Of a stretch of DNA of 64,000 nt, positions 20,014 to 29,502 are shown piece after piece; the first letter of the stretch is position 1; every line of letters starts with the position of its first letter. The notes under the pieces are model-generated. The model did no database searches, was not told the DNA's origin, and was given only the letters and a program-made list of their open reading frames with translations. A program made the translations under genes and the position numbers. The stretch spans positions 146,566 through 210,565 of the forward strand of contig JBFWVF010000001.1 in assembly GCA_050246875.1 (NCBI GenBank), written 5' to 3'. This stretch comes from Alphaproteobacteria bacterium. Its GTDB lineage: Bacteria > Pseudomonadota > Alphaproteobacteria > UBA6615.

Positions 20014-20664
20014 TTAGTCGCTAAGAGTACCTTCAACGCGTCGCAGGAGCATCCGTCCAAGAGATATGCATTGCTCGGAAACATGCTTGTCCAATCGAGG
20101 AGCAAGCCTGTCGGTTAGGTCGCCGCCACCTACATCACGGTAAAACGCAGCGTTTTTCAATTGACTGAGACGAGCAGCTGTAGCCTCGCTTAGAATTCCA
20201 TCGATACCCTCGGATTTCGCTTTCTGCGCCATCAACACATGAAGCTCGTCCAACCATCGACCCGAAAAAAAGTCGCGATTGAAATCTTGGCCACGCGGGG
20301 ACGCAAGCCATTCTTTTTGAGAATTTGTCATCTTCGATTTATGAATTAATTCAAATCCATATGCCTCAGTCCACTCTATGATCGAACGCACATACAATTC
20401 CGACAGCGCAACAGATCCAGCTACCCTTTGTTTATGCGTGTGGACAGTAATTTTACGGATGCTATCGTCTTCTCTGCCATTGGCCCATCGCAAAATGAAA
20501 ACTTTCCCGCACTCTTCAATCGCTAACACAGCCAAACCGATAGCTGATTGAAAACGTCCAAGTTCGTTGAGTGCCTCAGAATCTGCCAATAACCTTTGCG
20601 CATTTTTCAATATTTCACGCGATTCTGCTCCATCTAGTCGAGTATGGCCTTCAATCCTCGCCAA
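20014..20664 (-). CDS. AbiV-like HEPN-domain protein (candidate abortive-infection / RNase-type defence protein)
   Basis: About 216 aa, low GC; LAVLAIEECGKVFILR helix and Rx4H motif R-KITV-H (SIRKITVHTHK); the first 17 codons of track ORF 20014..20715 are GC-rich and overlap the cinA 3' end, so start placed at TTG 20664 (uncertain). Confidence 0.5.
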   Translation of the reverse strand: MARIEGHTRLDGAESREILKNAQRLLADSEALNELGRFQSAIGLAVLAIEECGKVFILRWANGREDDSIRKITVHTHKQRVAGSVALSELYVRSIIEWTEAYGFELIHKSKMTNSQKEWLASPRGQDFNRDFFSGRWLDELHVLMAQKAKSEGIDGILSEATAARLSQLKNAAFYRDVGGGDLTDRLAPRLDKHVSEQCISLGRMLLRRVEGTLSD

Positions 20665-20677
20665 TTCTGTCCCCCGC

Positions 20678-21439
20678 TCAGTCCACCACCTCGGTCGGCA
20701 CCCCGCCGAGGTCAACGATCAGCGCCTTGATGCGCGCGGTGGCTTCGTCGAGGCGCAGCGGGTCGGGGCCGCGCGCGACGAGGTTGGTGCCGGGCTTGCC
20801 GCCGACGAAGTGCGGGTAGGAACCGATATCGACATCGGGGAAATCGTCCTGCACGGCAGTCAGGCCGTCGGCGATGACGCCCTCCGGCAGCGGGCAGCCG
20901 ACGGTGCGCGACAGGATGGTCACGCCACCCTTCAGGTACTGCTTCGCCGAGATGAACATCGCCTGCATGATGCGCGGGATGCCGGCCATGACGAAGACGT
21001 TCTCGACGCGGAAGCCGGGCGCGCCCGAGACCGGGTTCTCGACCAGTTCGGCGCGCTCGGGCGTGCGCGCCATGCGCAGCCGCGCCTCGGTCACTTCGAC
21101 GCCCATCTGCGCCATGCGCGCGCGCAGGATGCGCTCGGCCTCCGGGTGCAGGATGAGCTTCTGGCCGAACGCCTTGGCGACGCAGTCGGCGGTGATGTCG
21201 TCGTGCGTCGGGCCGATGCCGCCGGTGGTGAAGACATAGTCGTAGCGGGCGCGCAGCGCGTTCACCGCGTCGACGATCTCGACCTCGATGTCGGGCACGA
21301 CGCGCGCCTCGCGCAGTTGCACGCCGGCCTTGTTCAGCTCGACGGCGAGCCAGGCCAGGTTGGCGTCCTGCGTGCGCCCGGAGAGAATCTCGTTGCCGAT
21401 GATGAGGACGGCGGCCGTGACCTGCCCGGGCACCGCCAT
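20678..21439 (-). CDS. cinA: CinA-like competence/damage-inducible protein, molybdopterin-binding (MoCF) domain only
   Basis: 253 aa; LIIGNEILSGRTQDANLAWLA and GGIGPTHDDIT motifs. Confidence 0.8.
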   Translation of the reverse strand: MAVPGQVTAAVLIIGNEILSGRTQDANLAWLAVELNKAGVQLREARVVPDIEVEIVDAVNALRARYDYVFTTGGIGPTHDDITADCVAKAFGQKLILHPEAERILRARMAQMGVEVTEARLRMARTPERAELVENPVSGAPGFRVENVFVMAGIPRIMQAMFISAKQYLKGGVTILSRTVGCPLPEGVIADGLTAVQDDFPDVDIGSYPHFVGGKPGTNLVARGPDPLRLDEATARIKALIVDLGGVPTEVVD

Positions 21440-21442
21440 CGC

Positions 21443-21787
21443 CTAGCCCCCGCCGCTGCCGGCCCGGCGGTAGCCGCGCCCGGCCATGCAGGCGTCGAAC
21501 AGGCCGGTATAGCGGCGCTCGTCCTTGTAGCTGCGGGTCTCGTCGCGCAGGTCCTCGATCGAGTCCATGCCGCCGGAGCGGGCGGCGCGGATGTCGCGGT
21601 CGATGTTGACGTTGCGGCCGGCGAGCGAGTCCGTCTCCTCGCGGCAGGCGGCTATGTCGCCGTCGCGCACGTCCTCGCTGACGCCCTGCTTGATCCAGGC
21701 CTGGCCGGAGCCGCAGGCGGCGAGAACGATCGCCAGCGCCGCAACCGCGGCGAACCGGAGAATCGGGCTGGGAACGGCGTGTGTCAC
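21443..21787 (-). CDS. Small lipoprotein, hypothetical
   Basis: 114 aa; signal peptide with lipobox LAACGS; charged D/R-rich mature part. Confidence 0.5.
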   Translation of the reverse strand: MTHAVPSPILRFAAVAALAIVLAACGSGQAWIKQGVSEDVRDGDIAACREETDSLAGRNVNIDRDIRAARSGGMDSIEDLRDETRSYKDERRYTGLFDACMAGRGYRRAGSGGG

Positions 21788-21874
21788 GGGGAACGCCTAT
21801 CACGGCCCCCGGGGGCGGTCAAAGCCGGCGATGGCGGCTCGACGCGGCGCGGCGTCCGGCGCCACCATCGGCCG

Positions 21875-22585
21875 GTGATCTTCGCCCCGCCCCTCGTGCG
21901 CGCCACGCTGCTGCGCCGCTACAAGCGCTTCCTCGCCGATGTCCGCCTCGCCGACGGCAGCGAGGCGGTGGCGCATTGCCCGAACCCCGGCTCCATGATG
22001 GGCCTCGCCGTGGCGGGGGCCGACATCTGGCTGGCGCCGGCCGCCGCGCCCGGCCGCAAGCTGGCCTGGACCTGGGTGCTGGAGGCGGCGCCGGAGGGCC
22101 TCGTCGGCATCGACGCCAACCGTCCCAACGCCCTTGTCGCCGAGGCGCTGGCCGCCGGCGCCCTGCCCGCCTTCGCCGGCTACGCCTCGATCCGCCGCGA
22201 GGTGCGCTACGGCACGAACTCGCGGGTCGACTTCCTGCTCGAGGGCCCCGGCCGGCCGCCGTGCTATCTCGAAGTAAAAAATGTGCATCTCAGGCGCGAT
22301 TCCGGCGCCGATGCTGGCGCCGAGTTCCCCGACTGCCGCACGGCGCGCGGCGCCAAACACATGGAGGAGCTGGGCCGCATCGCCGCCGCCGGGGCGCGAG
22401 CGGCGACCCTGTGGATCGTGCAACGCGACGATTGCCAGCATTTCCGGCTCGCCCGCGACATCGATCCGCGCTATGCCGGGGCCTGTGCGGCGGCCCGGGC
22501 GGCCGGCATGGAGGCCCACGCCTGGGCCTGCCGGCTGTCGCCCGAGAGGATTGACATCCACCGCCCGCTGCCGATCTACGAGTAA
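21875..22585 (+). CDS. sfsA: Sugar fermentation stimulation protein SfsA
   Basis: GTG start at 21875 gives [23 protein letters not shown], co-linear with E. coli SfsA [23 protein letters not shown]; C-terminal part of track ORF 20567..22585. Confidence 0.8.
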   Translation: [236 protein letters not shown]

Positions 22586-22601
22586 CGAGACCACCCGCCC
22601 G

Positions 22602-23426
22602 ATGAACGACATCAGCACCTCGACCGTCTGGGAGACTGAACCGCGCCGCATCCGCGTGCACGGGCCGGACGAATTCGAGGGCATGCGGCGGGCCGGACGC
22701 CTCGCCGCCGAGGCCCTCGACATGCTGGTGCCGCACGTCGTCCCGGGCGTGACGACCGACCGGCTGGACCAGCTCGCGCACGACTTCATCGTGGCGCACG
22801 GCGCCGTGCCCGCGCCGCTCGGCTACCGCGGCTATCCCAAGTCGATCTGCACCTCGATCAACCACGTCGTCTGCCACGGCATCCCGGCCGACAAGCGCCT
22901 GCAGGACGGCGACATCGTCAACATCGACGTCACCACCATCCTCGACGGCTGGCACGGCGACACCTCGCGCATGTACTGGGTCGGCACGCCCAAGCGGCTG
23001 GCCCAGCGTTTGTGCGACGTGACCTTCGACGCCATGTGGCGCGGCATCGAGGCGGTGAAGCCGGGCGCCACGGTCGGCGACATCGGCCACGCAATCCAGA
23101 CCCATGTCGAGGCCGAGCGCTTCTCGGTGGTGCGCGATTTCTGCGGCCACGGCCTCGGCCGCGTCTTCCACGACGCGCCCTCGATCCTGCATTTCGGCAA
23201 GCCCGGCGAGGGCCCGGAGCTGCGGCCGGGCATGTTCTTCACCATCGAGCCGATGGTGAATGTCGGCCGCCACGACGTGAAGATCCTCGCCGACGGCTGG
23301 ACCGCCGTGACGCGCGACCGCTCGCTGTCGGCGCAGTTCGAGCACTCGGTCGCCGTCACCGAGACGGGCTACGAGATCTTCACCGCCTCCCCCGCCGGCC
23401 TCGACAAGCCGCCCTACGCCTGCTGA
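22602..23426 (+). CDS. map: Type I methionine aminopeptidase
   Basis: 274 aa starting MNDISTS; metal ligands in DGDIVNIDVT, HGIPADKRL, FCGHGLGRVFH, FTIEPM; internal start of track ORF 22281..23426. Confidence 0.9.
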   Translation: MNDISTSTVWETEPRRIRVHGPDEFEGMRRAGRLAAEALDMLVPHVVPGVTTDRLDQLAHDFIVAHGAVPAPLGYRGYPKSICTSINHVVCHGIPADKRLQDGDIVNIDVTTILDGWHGDTSRMYWVGTPKRLAQRLCDVTFDAMWRGIEAVKPGATVGDIGHAIQTHVEAERFSVVRDFCGHGLGRVFHDAPSILHFGKPGEGPELRPGMFFTIEPMVNVGRHDVKILADGWTAVTRDRSLSAQFEHSVAVTETGYEIFTASPAGLDKPPYAC

Positions 23427-24415
23427 ACCGGCGCCGGCGCGCTACCGGGCGCGGACGGCGGTACGGTTGCACCCCACGACACCCGCTGGCGGGCGAAGTT
23501 GGCATAGACCGTCTCGCCGGCGACGATCGGCTCGAAGCGGATCTCCTCGCCCGGCGCGGCGAGGTCGCGGGCGTCGATCACCTGCCGGTAGTCGGGGTGG
23601 ACGAACAGCGGGATCGAGTAGCGCTCGCGTCCCGAGGTGTTGGTCACGCGGTGCATCGCCGACTTGAAGCGACCGTTGGTCCAGCGCGTCATCAGCTTCG
23701 CCACGTTGACGACGACGGCGTCCGGGTTTGGCACCACCGGCAGCCACTCCTCCTCCGGTCCGCGCACCGACAGGCCGCCGTTCATGTCCTGGATCAGCAG
23801 CGTGACAAGGCCCTGGTCCTCGTGCGCCTGCACGCCGATGTCGGTGACGGTGGCGATGCGCTCGCGCGGCGGGTAGTGGATGACGCGCATGTTGGAATAG
23901 GTGTTGCGCGACACCTTGGCGAAGAAGTCGGGCGCCGCGCCGAGGTGCAGCGCCATCGCCTCCAGCACCCGCTCGGCGAGGCCGAACATGGCGAGGTAAC
24001 AGGCCACCAGCCCATCGCGAAAGCCCGGCCGGTCGGGCCACGGCGTCGCCGCGTAGAACGGCAGGGCGAGCAGCGAGGGGTCGGATGGCGGCACCGGGTG
24101 GCCCATGCTGAAGGCTTCGGCGCCGCTCTTCTTGCCCTCCTTCGAGATGTTGTCGAACAGCGGCTGGAAGCCGCGGTTGGTCTGCTTCTCCTGCACCGCG
24201 AGCTTCGCCGCGTCGGGCAGGTCGAAGAAGTCGACCGCGGCGGCGAAGGTGGCGTCGACGGTCGCCTTCGGTATGCCGTGGCCGACGAGGGTCATGAACC
24301 CGTAGGTCTCGGCCGCGGCGCCGACGGCGGCGGCGACCGACCGGCGCCCCGCCTCACCGCCGGCGAGGAAGGGCGCGAAGTCGATCGTCGGGATGGCGTG
24401 CTTGGTTGCGGTCAT
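23414..24415 (-). CDS. 2-oxoglutarate/Fe(II)-dependent oxygenase (isopenicillin N synthase-like)
   Basis: Start at MTATKHAIPTIDFAPF; DIOX_N plus 2OG-FeII_Oxy pattern HEDQGLVTLLIQD...H...R; 13-nt convergent overlap with the map 3' end. Confidence 0.75.
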   Translation of the reverse strand: MTATKHAIPTIDFAPFLAGGEAGRRSVAAAVGAAAETYGFMTLVGHGIPKATVDATFAAAVDFFDLPDAAKLAVQEKQTNRGFQPLFDNISKEGKKSGAEAFSMGHPVPPSDPSLLALPFYAATPWPDRPGFRDGLVACYLAMFGLAERVLEAMALHLGAAPDFFAKVSRNTYSNMRVIHYPPRERIATVTDIGVQAHEDQGLVTLLIQDMNGGLSVRGPEEEWLPVVPNPDAVVVNVAKLMTRWTNGRFKSAMHRVTNTSGRERYSIPLFVHPDYRQVIDARDLAAPGEEIRFEPIVAGETVYANFARQRVSWGATVPPSAPGSAPAPVQQA

Positions 24416-24440
24416 GGGCTTCGCGCCTCCGCGCGCCGGA

Positions 24441-25478
24441 CTACTTCGACTTGACGCCGCCATTGTAGGCGTTGGTCATCACCTCGGCGGCCGGCAGCGT
24501 GCGCGGAATCTGGCCGTACTGGTGGTAGAAGGCCATCGTCGCCTCCCACGCGTTGGGGTCCATCCACAGGATGCCATTGGTCTTGGTATCCGGGCTGACC
24601 TGCAGCGGGTTCTGCACCTTGAGGCGCCAGGCGAGCTTGTCGGCCTTCTCGATCTGGTCGGGATAGGCAGCGAGGATGGCGACGGCATCGTCGGGGTTCT
24701 CGACGGTATACTTGAGGCCCTTGGCCACGGCGCGCAGGAAGCGCTTGGCGAGGTCGGGACTGGTCTTGAGCTTCTCCGTCGAGGCGAAGATGACGTCGGC
24801 GTAGAACGGCACGCCGTATTCGGAGAAGCGGATCGCCTTCCACACCTTGCCCTTGAGCGGCCCGTCGGTGGCCTTCGCCGCTTCGGTCTCGATCTGGTAG
24901 GTCTGGTTGTGGACCATGCCGGTGAAGTAGTCGACCTTGCCGACCAGCAGCGGCTCGGCGTTGGCCATCACCGTCTGCGTCTTGATCTTGGACAGGTCGA
25001 CGCCGTTGCGCGCCGCGATGGCCTTGAGGAAGATCTCGCCGTCCGCCTGCATGCCCACCGTCTTGCCCTCGAGGTCCTTCGGCGTCGGGTCGGGCGCATT
25101 GGGATCGGCGAGCGTGATGTAGGCGTAGGGCAGGTTCTGCGTGATCGCGCCGATGGCGACGATGCCGACCGGGTCTGGCGCCAGCCGCGCGAGGAACACG
25201 TTGGTGCCGCCGGTGACGCCGAAATCGGCCTGGCCGACGCCGACCAGCGGCACCGGGTTCTTGCCCGGCCCACCGTCGATGAAGCTGATCTTGAGCCCCT
25301 CCTCGGCGTAGTAGCCCTTGGCGTCGGCCACCATCAGCGAGGCGTACTGGCCGTTGCGCAGCCAGGCCAGGGCGACCTTGACCTCGGTGAGGTCGGCAGC
25401 CGAGGCCGCCGGCACGAGCGCACCGATGGCGGCCATCGCCGCCAGCAGCAACGCGGGAATCCGACGCAGACGTGTCAT
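24441..25478 (-). CDS. ABC transporter substrate-binding protein, NMT1/THI5 (sulfonate/nitrate/taurine-like) family
   Basis: Start at MTRLRRIPALLLAAMAAIGALVPAASA (signal peptide) inside track ORF 24441..25844. Confidence 0.75.
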   Translation of the reverse strand: MTRLRRIPALLLAAMAAIGALVPAASAADLTEVKVALAWLRNGQYASLMVADAKGYYAEEGLKISFIDGGPGKNPVPLVGVGQADFGVTGGTNVFLARLAPDPVGIVAIGAITQNLPYAYITLADPNAPDPTPKDLEGKTVGMQADGEIFLKAIAARNGVDLSKIKTQTVMANAEPLLVGKVDYFTGMVHNQTYQIETEAAKATDGPLKGKVWKAIRFSEYGVPFYADVIFASTEKLKTSPDLAKRFLRAVAKGLKYTVENPDDAVAILAAYPDQIEKADKLAWRLKVQNPLQVSPDTKTNGILWMDPNAWEATMAFYHQYGQIPRTLPAAEVMTNAYNGGVKSK

Positions 25479-25501
25479 CGCGGTTTCTCCTTCGCACGCA
25501 G

Positions 25502-26320
25502 TCATGCGGCCTCGTCGCGCCAGTTGAGGCGCTGACCGAGGCGGTGGACGAGGGTGTAGATGAGGAACGACAGCAGCGCCGCGAGCAGCGCCACGGCGTA
25601 GACCTGGTCGCCGCGGTACTGCACCAGCGCGCGGTTGAGCACGTAGCCGAGGCCGGTCGAGGAGGCCATCCACTCGACGACGACGGTGACGATGATGCTG
25701 CCGGAGCCGGTGATCTCCTGCGCCGCCACGATGTACGGCAGCGAGTATGGCAGGCGGACACGCGTGAACACGCTCCACCAGCCGGCGTCGAGGATGCGCA
25801 TGCGGTCGAGCACGATGGGATCGGCCGACAGCAGGCCGCGCCAAGTGTTCACCAGCACCGGGAAGAAGCCGGCGATGCCGACCACCAGCACCTTCGTCTC
25901 CATGCCGTCGCCGATCGCCAGCAGCAGCACGGAGACCAGCGCGACATAGGGGATGTTGCGGATCGTGATGGCCGCCGGCATCACCAGAAGCCGGCCGGCC
26001 GGGAAGGCGACGAACAGGAAGGCGAGGCCGATGCCCAGCACGTTGGCGAGCAGGAAGCCGAGCAGCGCCGCCTTCAGCGTCGCGAGCAGATGGACGCTGA
26101 TGAATTCGTGATCCTCGAACAGCGTCGCCAGCACGCGTTCCGGTCGCGGGATGACGAACTCGGGCAGGCCCGACAGCCAGATCGCGAGATACCAGAGGCC
26201 GAGGATGGAAACCGCCGGCGCGCCGATGCGGACGATCAACTGGCCCGCCCGGCGCGCGGCCGCGGCCCAGGCGATGCCGGCGAGCCGCCGCCGCTCCGCC
26301 CCGCCCGTGGCCGCGCTCAT
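25502..26320 (-). CDS. ABC transporter permease (SsuC/TauC-like)
   Basis: C-terminal 272 aa of track ORF 25502..27241 starting MSAATGG; BPD-transporter EAA-like loop; upstream part of the track ORF is an out-of-frame artefact. Confidence 0.8.
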   Translation of the reverse strand: MSAATGGAERRRLAGIAWAAAARRAGQLIVRIGAPAVSILGLWYLAIWLSGLPEFVIPRPERVLATLFEDHEFISVHLLATLKAALLGFLLANVLGIGLAFLFVAFPAGRLLVMPAAITIRNIPYVALVSVLLLAIGDGMETKVLVVGIAGFFPVLVNTWRGLLSADPIVLDRMRILDAGWWSVFTRVRLPYSLPYIVAAQEITGSGSIIVTVVVEWMASSTGLGYVLNRALVQYRGDQVYAVALLAALLSFLIYTLVHRLGQRLNWRDEAA

Positions 26321-27072
26321 GCCGCCACCGCCGGACGGCCGAACAGCAGCTCGCGGATGCGCGCGGCGATCTCGACGAAGCGCGGGTCGCTGCGGAAGGC
26401 GGCTTCGCGCGGGCGCGGCACCGGAACGGGAATGTCGGCGAGGAGGCGCCCGGGGCTCGCCGAGAACACCACCACCCGGTCGGCGAGCATCACCGCCTCG
26501 TCGATGTGGTGGGTGACGAACAGCACCGTTTTTGGGCGTTTGCCCAGTTCTCCGGCAAGCCAGTGCCCGAGTTCCTCGCGCTTCATCTCGTCGAGGGCGG
26601 AGAACGGCTCGTCCATCAGCAGCACGGGCGGATCGTGCGCGATGGCGCTGGCGAAGTTCACCCGCTGCAGCATGCCGCCGGAAAGCTGGTGCGGCAGCTT
26701 CGCCTCGTGGCCGGCGAGGCCGAAGTCGCGCAGCAGGGCGCGGGCGTCGAAGCCGGCACGGCCGGCCATCTTCTGGGTAAAGGCGACGTCGTCGACCGCG
26801 CGCTTCCACGGCAGCACGGCGGGCCGCTGCGAGACGAGGCCGAGCCGGCGCTTGCGCCGCGCCGCGCCGGGCGTGTCGTCGCCCACCATCACCGTGCCGG
26901 CGCTGGGCGTCTCGAGGTCGGCGACGATGCGCAGCAGGGTGGTCTTGCCGCAGCCGGACGGGCCGACGAAGGCGACGAACTCGCCGGCCGCGATTTCGAG
27001 GTCGATGGCCAACAGCGCCTGGGTAGCGCCGAAGCGGCGGCTGACGTTGCGGATGGAGATCGGCGTCGACAT
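26317..27072 (-). CDS. ABC transporter ATP-binding protein (SsuB/TauB-like)
   Basis: [15 protein letters not shown]; Walker [10 protein letters not shown], signature LSGGMLQR, Walker [12 protein letters not shown]; overlaps the permease start by 4 nt. Confidence 0.8.
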   Translation of the reverse strand: MSTPISIRNVSRRFGATQALLAIDLEIAAGEFVAFVGPSGCGKTTLLRIVADLETPSAGTVMVGDDTPGAARRKRRLGLVSQRPAVLPWKRAVDDVAFTQKMAGRAGFDARALLRDFGLAGHEAKLPHQLSGGMLQRVNFASAIAHDPPVLLMDEPFSALDEMKREELGHWLAGELGKRPKTVLFVTHHIDEAVMLADRVVVFSASPGRLLADIPVPVPRPREAAFRSDPRFVEIAARIRELLFGRPAVAA

Positions 27073-27179
27073 GCCCGCGATGCGCTGCAAGCGCCGTGCC
27101 GCGCCGCCGCGCAGCCCTCCTCGCGGGCCGGGCCGAAATCCGGGATACTCGGCCCGGTAGTGGCGGCGGAGGCGGCAGG

Positions 27180-27863
27180 GTGACCGGCGAGAACGACGAC
27201 CGCGAAGGGCACCGCGAGCGGCTGCGCGAACGTTTCGCCACGGGCGGCGGCGCGGCGCTGGCCGACTATGAACTGCTGGAGCTGCTGCTGTTCCACGCCA
27301 TCCCGCGGCGGGACACTAAGCCGGTGGCCAAGGAACTGCTGCGCCGCTTCGGCAGCCTCGCCGGCGTGCTCGCGGCCGAGCCGGCGGCGCTGCGCGAGGT
27401 GAAATATGTCGGCGACGGCGCCGCCACCCTGCTCAAGGCCGTGCGCGAGGCCGGCCAGCGGCTCGCCCGCGAGGAGGTGCTCGACCGCGAGGTGCTGTCG
27501 TCGTGGGACCAGGTCGTCGCCTATTGCCGCACAAGGCTCGCCCACGAGACGACCGAGCGCCTGCACCTGCTGTTCCTCGACCGCCGCAACGCGCTGATCG
27601 ACGACTTCGTCCAGCCGACCGGCACCGTCGACCAGGCGCCGGTCTATCCGCGCGAGGTGGTCAAGCGCGCCCTCGACCTCGGCGCCACCGCCATCATCAT
27701 GGTGCACAACCACCCGTCGGGTGACCCGACCCCGTCGCAGGCCGACATCGACATCACGCGCGAGGTGGCGCGCGCCGCCGCAGCCCTCGGCATCGAGCTG
27801 CACGACCACGTCGTCGTCGGCCGCAAGGGCCACGTCTCGCTGCGCGCGAAGGGCCTGCTCTGA
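27180..27863 (+). CDS. radC: RadC-family JAB/MPN domain protein
   Basis: GTG start 27180; HhH-like N-terminal region then JAMM motif [15 protein letters not shown]. Confidence 0.75.
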   Translation: MTGENDDREGHRERLRERFATGGGAALADYELLELLLFHAIPRRDTKPVAKELLRRFGSLAGVLAAEPAALREVKYVGDGAATLLKAVREAGQRLAREEVLDREVLSSWDQVVAYCRTRLAHETTERLHLLFLDRRNALIDDFVQPTGTVDQAPVYPREVVKRALDLGATAIIMVHNHPSGDPTPSQADIDITREVARAAAALGIELHDHVVVGRKGHVSLRAKGLL

Positions 27864-27905
27864 GGAACGCCCGGCCGGCGCGCGCCGGCCGGGCACCGGC
27901 GCGGT

Positions 27906-28607
27906 TCAGGCGGCCGGATAGTTGGACGGGAACAGCGCGCGCCGCGTCTCCTCGTCGACTTCCTTCTTGAAGGCGTGGTCGGTGCCGACCTTGCGGGCGC
28001 GCGCGACCGCCGGCCGGGCATCGATGGCCTTGAACCAGCGGGCGATGTTGGGGAACTTGCCGAGCGGCTCGGCCTCGCCCTTCATCAGGCGGGCGGCGCG
28101 GTCGACCCAGCCCCAGCCCGACATGTCGGCAATGGTGTAGCCCTTGCCGGCGATGTACTCGCGCCCGGCGAGATGGTCCTCGAGCACCTGGTAGTGCCGC
28201 TCGGCCTCGCGGCGGTAACGGTTGCGGGCGTACTCCAGCCCCTCGGGCGCGACGTACTGGAAGTGGATCGCCTGGCCGGAGAACGGCCCCAGCCCCGAGG
28301 CGAGGAAGAACAGCCAGGACAGCATCTCCGGCCGGTCCTCCGGCGCGCCGCCGAACATGCCCGTCTTGTCGGCGAGATAGAGCAGGATGGCGCCGGAATC
28401 GAACACCCGCGCCTCCTTGCCGCCGGGTCCGTCGGTGTCGACGATCGCCGGCACCTTGCCGTTCGGGTTGATGGCGCGGAATTCGGGCCGGTGCTGCTCG
28501 CCCTTCGCGGTGTCGACCGGGATCACCTCGTAGGGCAGGCCAGCTTCCTCGAGGAACAGCGAGATCTTCGCCGGGTTGGGCGTCGGGTGGTAGTAGAAGC
28601 GGATCAT
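27906..28607 (-). CDS. Glutathione S-transferase (Nu-class, YfcG/YghU-like), paralogue 1
   Basis: 233 aa starting MIRFYYHPTPNPAKISLFLEE; C-terminal part of track ORF 27906..29459. Confidence 0.8.
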   Translation of the reverse strand: MIRFYYHPTPNPAKISLFLEEAGLPYEVIPVDTAKGEQHRPEFRAINPNGKVPAIVDTDGPGGKEARVFDSGAILLYLADKTGMFGGAPEDRPEMLSWLFFLASGLGPFSGQAIHFQYVAPEGLEYARNRYRREAERHYQVLEDHLAGREYIAGKGYTIADMSGWGWVDRAARLMKGEAEPLGKFPNIARWFKAIDARPAVARARKVGTDHAFKKEVDEETRRALFPSNYPAA

Positions 28608-28627
28608 GCGGGTTCTTCCCTGATTTT

Positions 28628-29332
28628 TCAGCGCGCGGCGACGCTCGCCGCGGTCTGGCCGAACAGCAGCTTCTTGCCTTCCTCCGTCACCGCCGGGCGC
28701 GACGAGAACGGCACGCCCTTGGCATAGGCGGCGACCGTCGCCGGGCGGGCCTTGATCGACTCGAACCAGCGCTTGAGGTTCGGCGTGTCCTCCAGCTTCT
28801 GGCCCTGCCGCTCGTAGGGCACGACCCACGGATAGGCCGCCATGTCGGCGATCGAGTAGTCGTCGCCGGCGATGAAGGCGCGCCCCGCCAGCCGGCGGTC
28901 GAGCACGCCGTAGAGCCGGTTGGTCTCGTTGACGTAGCGGTTGATCGCGTAGGGCAGCTTCTCCGGCGCGTAGTGCGAGAAGTGATGGTTCTGACCGGCC
29001 ATCGGCCCGAGCCCGCCCATCTGCCAGAACACCCATTCGAGCACCGTCTTGCGCCCGCGCAGATCGGCCGGCAGGAAGCGGCCGGTCTTTTCGCCGAGAT
29101 AGACGAGGATGGCGCCGGACTCGAACACCGTCAGCGGCTCGCCGCCGTCGGCCGGCGCGCGGTCGATGATCGCCGGCATGCGGTTGTTGGGCGAGAACTT
29201 GAGGAAGTCGGCCTTGAACTGGTCGCCGGCGCTGATGTCGACCGGATGGATCGTGTAGGGAAGACCGGCTTCCTCGAGGAACATCGTGATCTTGTGGCCG
29301 TTGGGCGTCGGCCAGTAGTAGAGGTCGATCAT
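28628..29332 (-). CDS. Glutathione S-transferase YfcG-like (disulfide-bond reductase type), paralogue 2
   Basis: 234 aa; MIDLYYWPTPNGHKITMFLEEAGL...FSPNNRMPAIIDRAPADGGEPLTVFESGAIL is near co-linear with E. coli YfcG. Confidence 0.85.
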   Translation of the reverse strand: MIDLYYWPTPNGHKITMFLEEAGLPYTIHPVDISAGDQFKADFLKFSPNNRMPAIIDRAPADGGEPLTVFESGAILVYLGEKTGRFLPADLRGRKTVLEWVFWQMGGLGPMAGQNHHFSHYAPEKLPYAINRYVNETNRLYGVLDRRLAGRAFIAGDDYSIADMAAYPWVVPYERQGQKLEDTPNLKRWFESIKARPATVAAYAKGVPFSSRPAVTEEGKKLLFGQTAASVAAR

Positions 29333-29502
29333 CGCGGGCTCGCTCCGGCAGGGGTTGGCGGCGGCGCGGGCGCCGCGCCGGCTTCGCTTTTCGCTTCAGG
29401 GAAGATGGGCGGGTTTGGCGGCAATGGCCACCGCTACCAGCGCCACCGGTACGCGGCACGCCTGCACAACACTGTTGCCGGGGACACCGCCGCGTCGGGG
29501 CC

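Noticed and set aside
18480-20700. Integrase, att direct repeats or other mobile-element hallmarks around tRNA-Leu
   Set aside because: No integrase or recombinase ORF in the islet, and no convincing duplicate of the tRNA 3' end; only weak GGTGGC...CGAAACC similarity near 18491. It is therefore not called a mobile element
20567-22585. 672-aa ORF spanning cinA, the lipoprotein gene and sfsA
   Set aside because: Composite artefact; only the last 236 codons (SfsA, GTG start 21875) are coding on this strand
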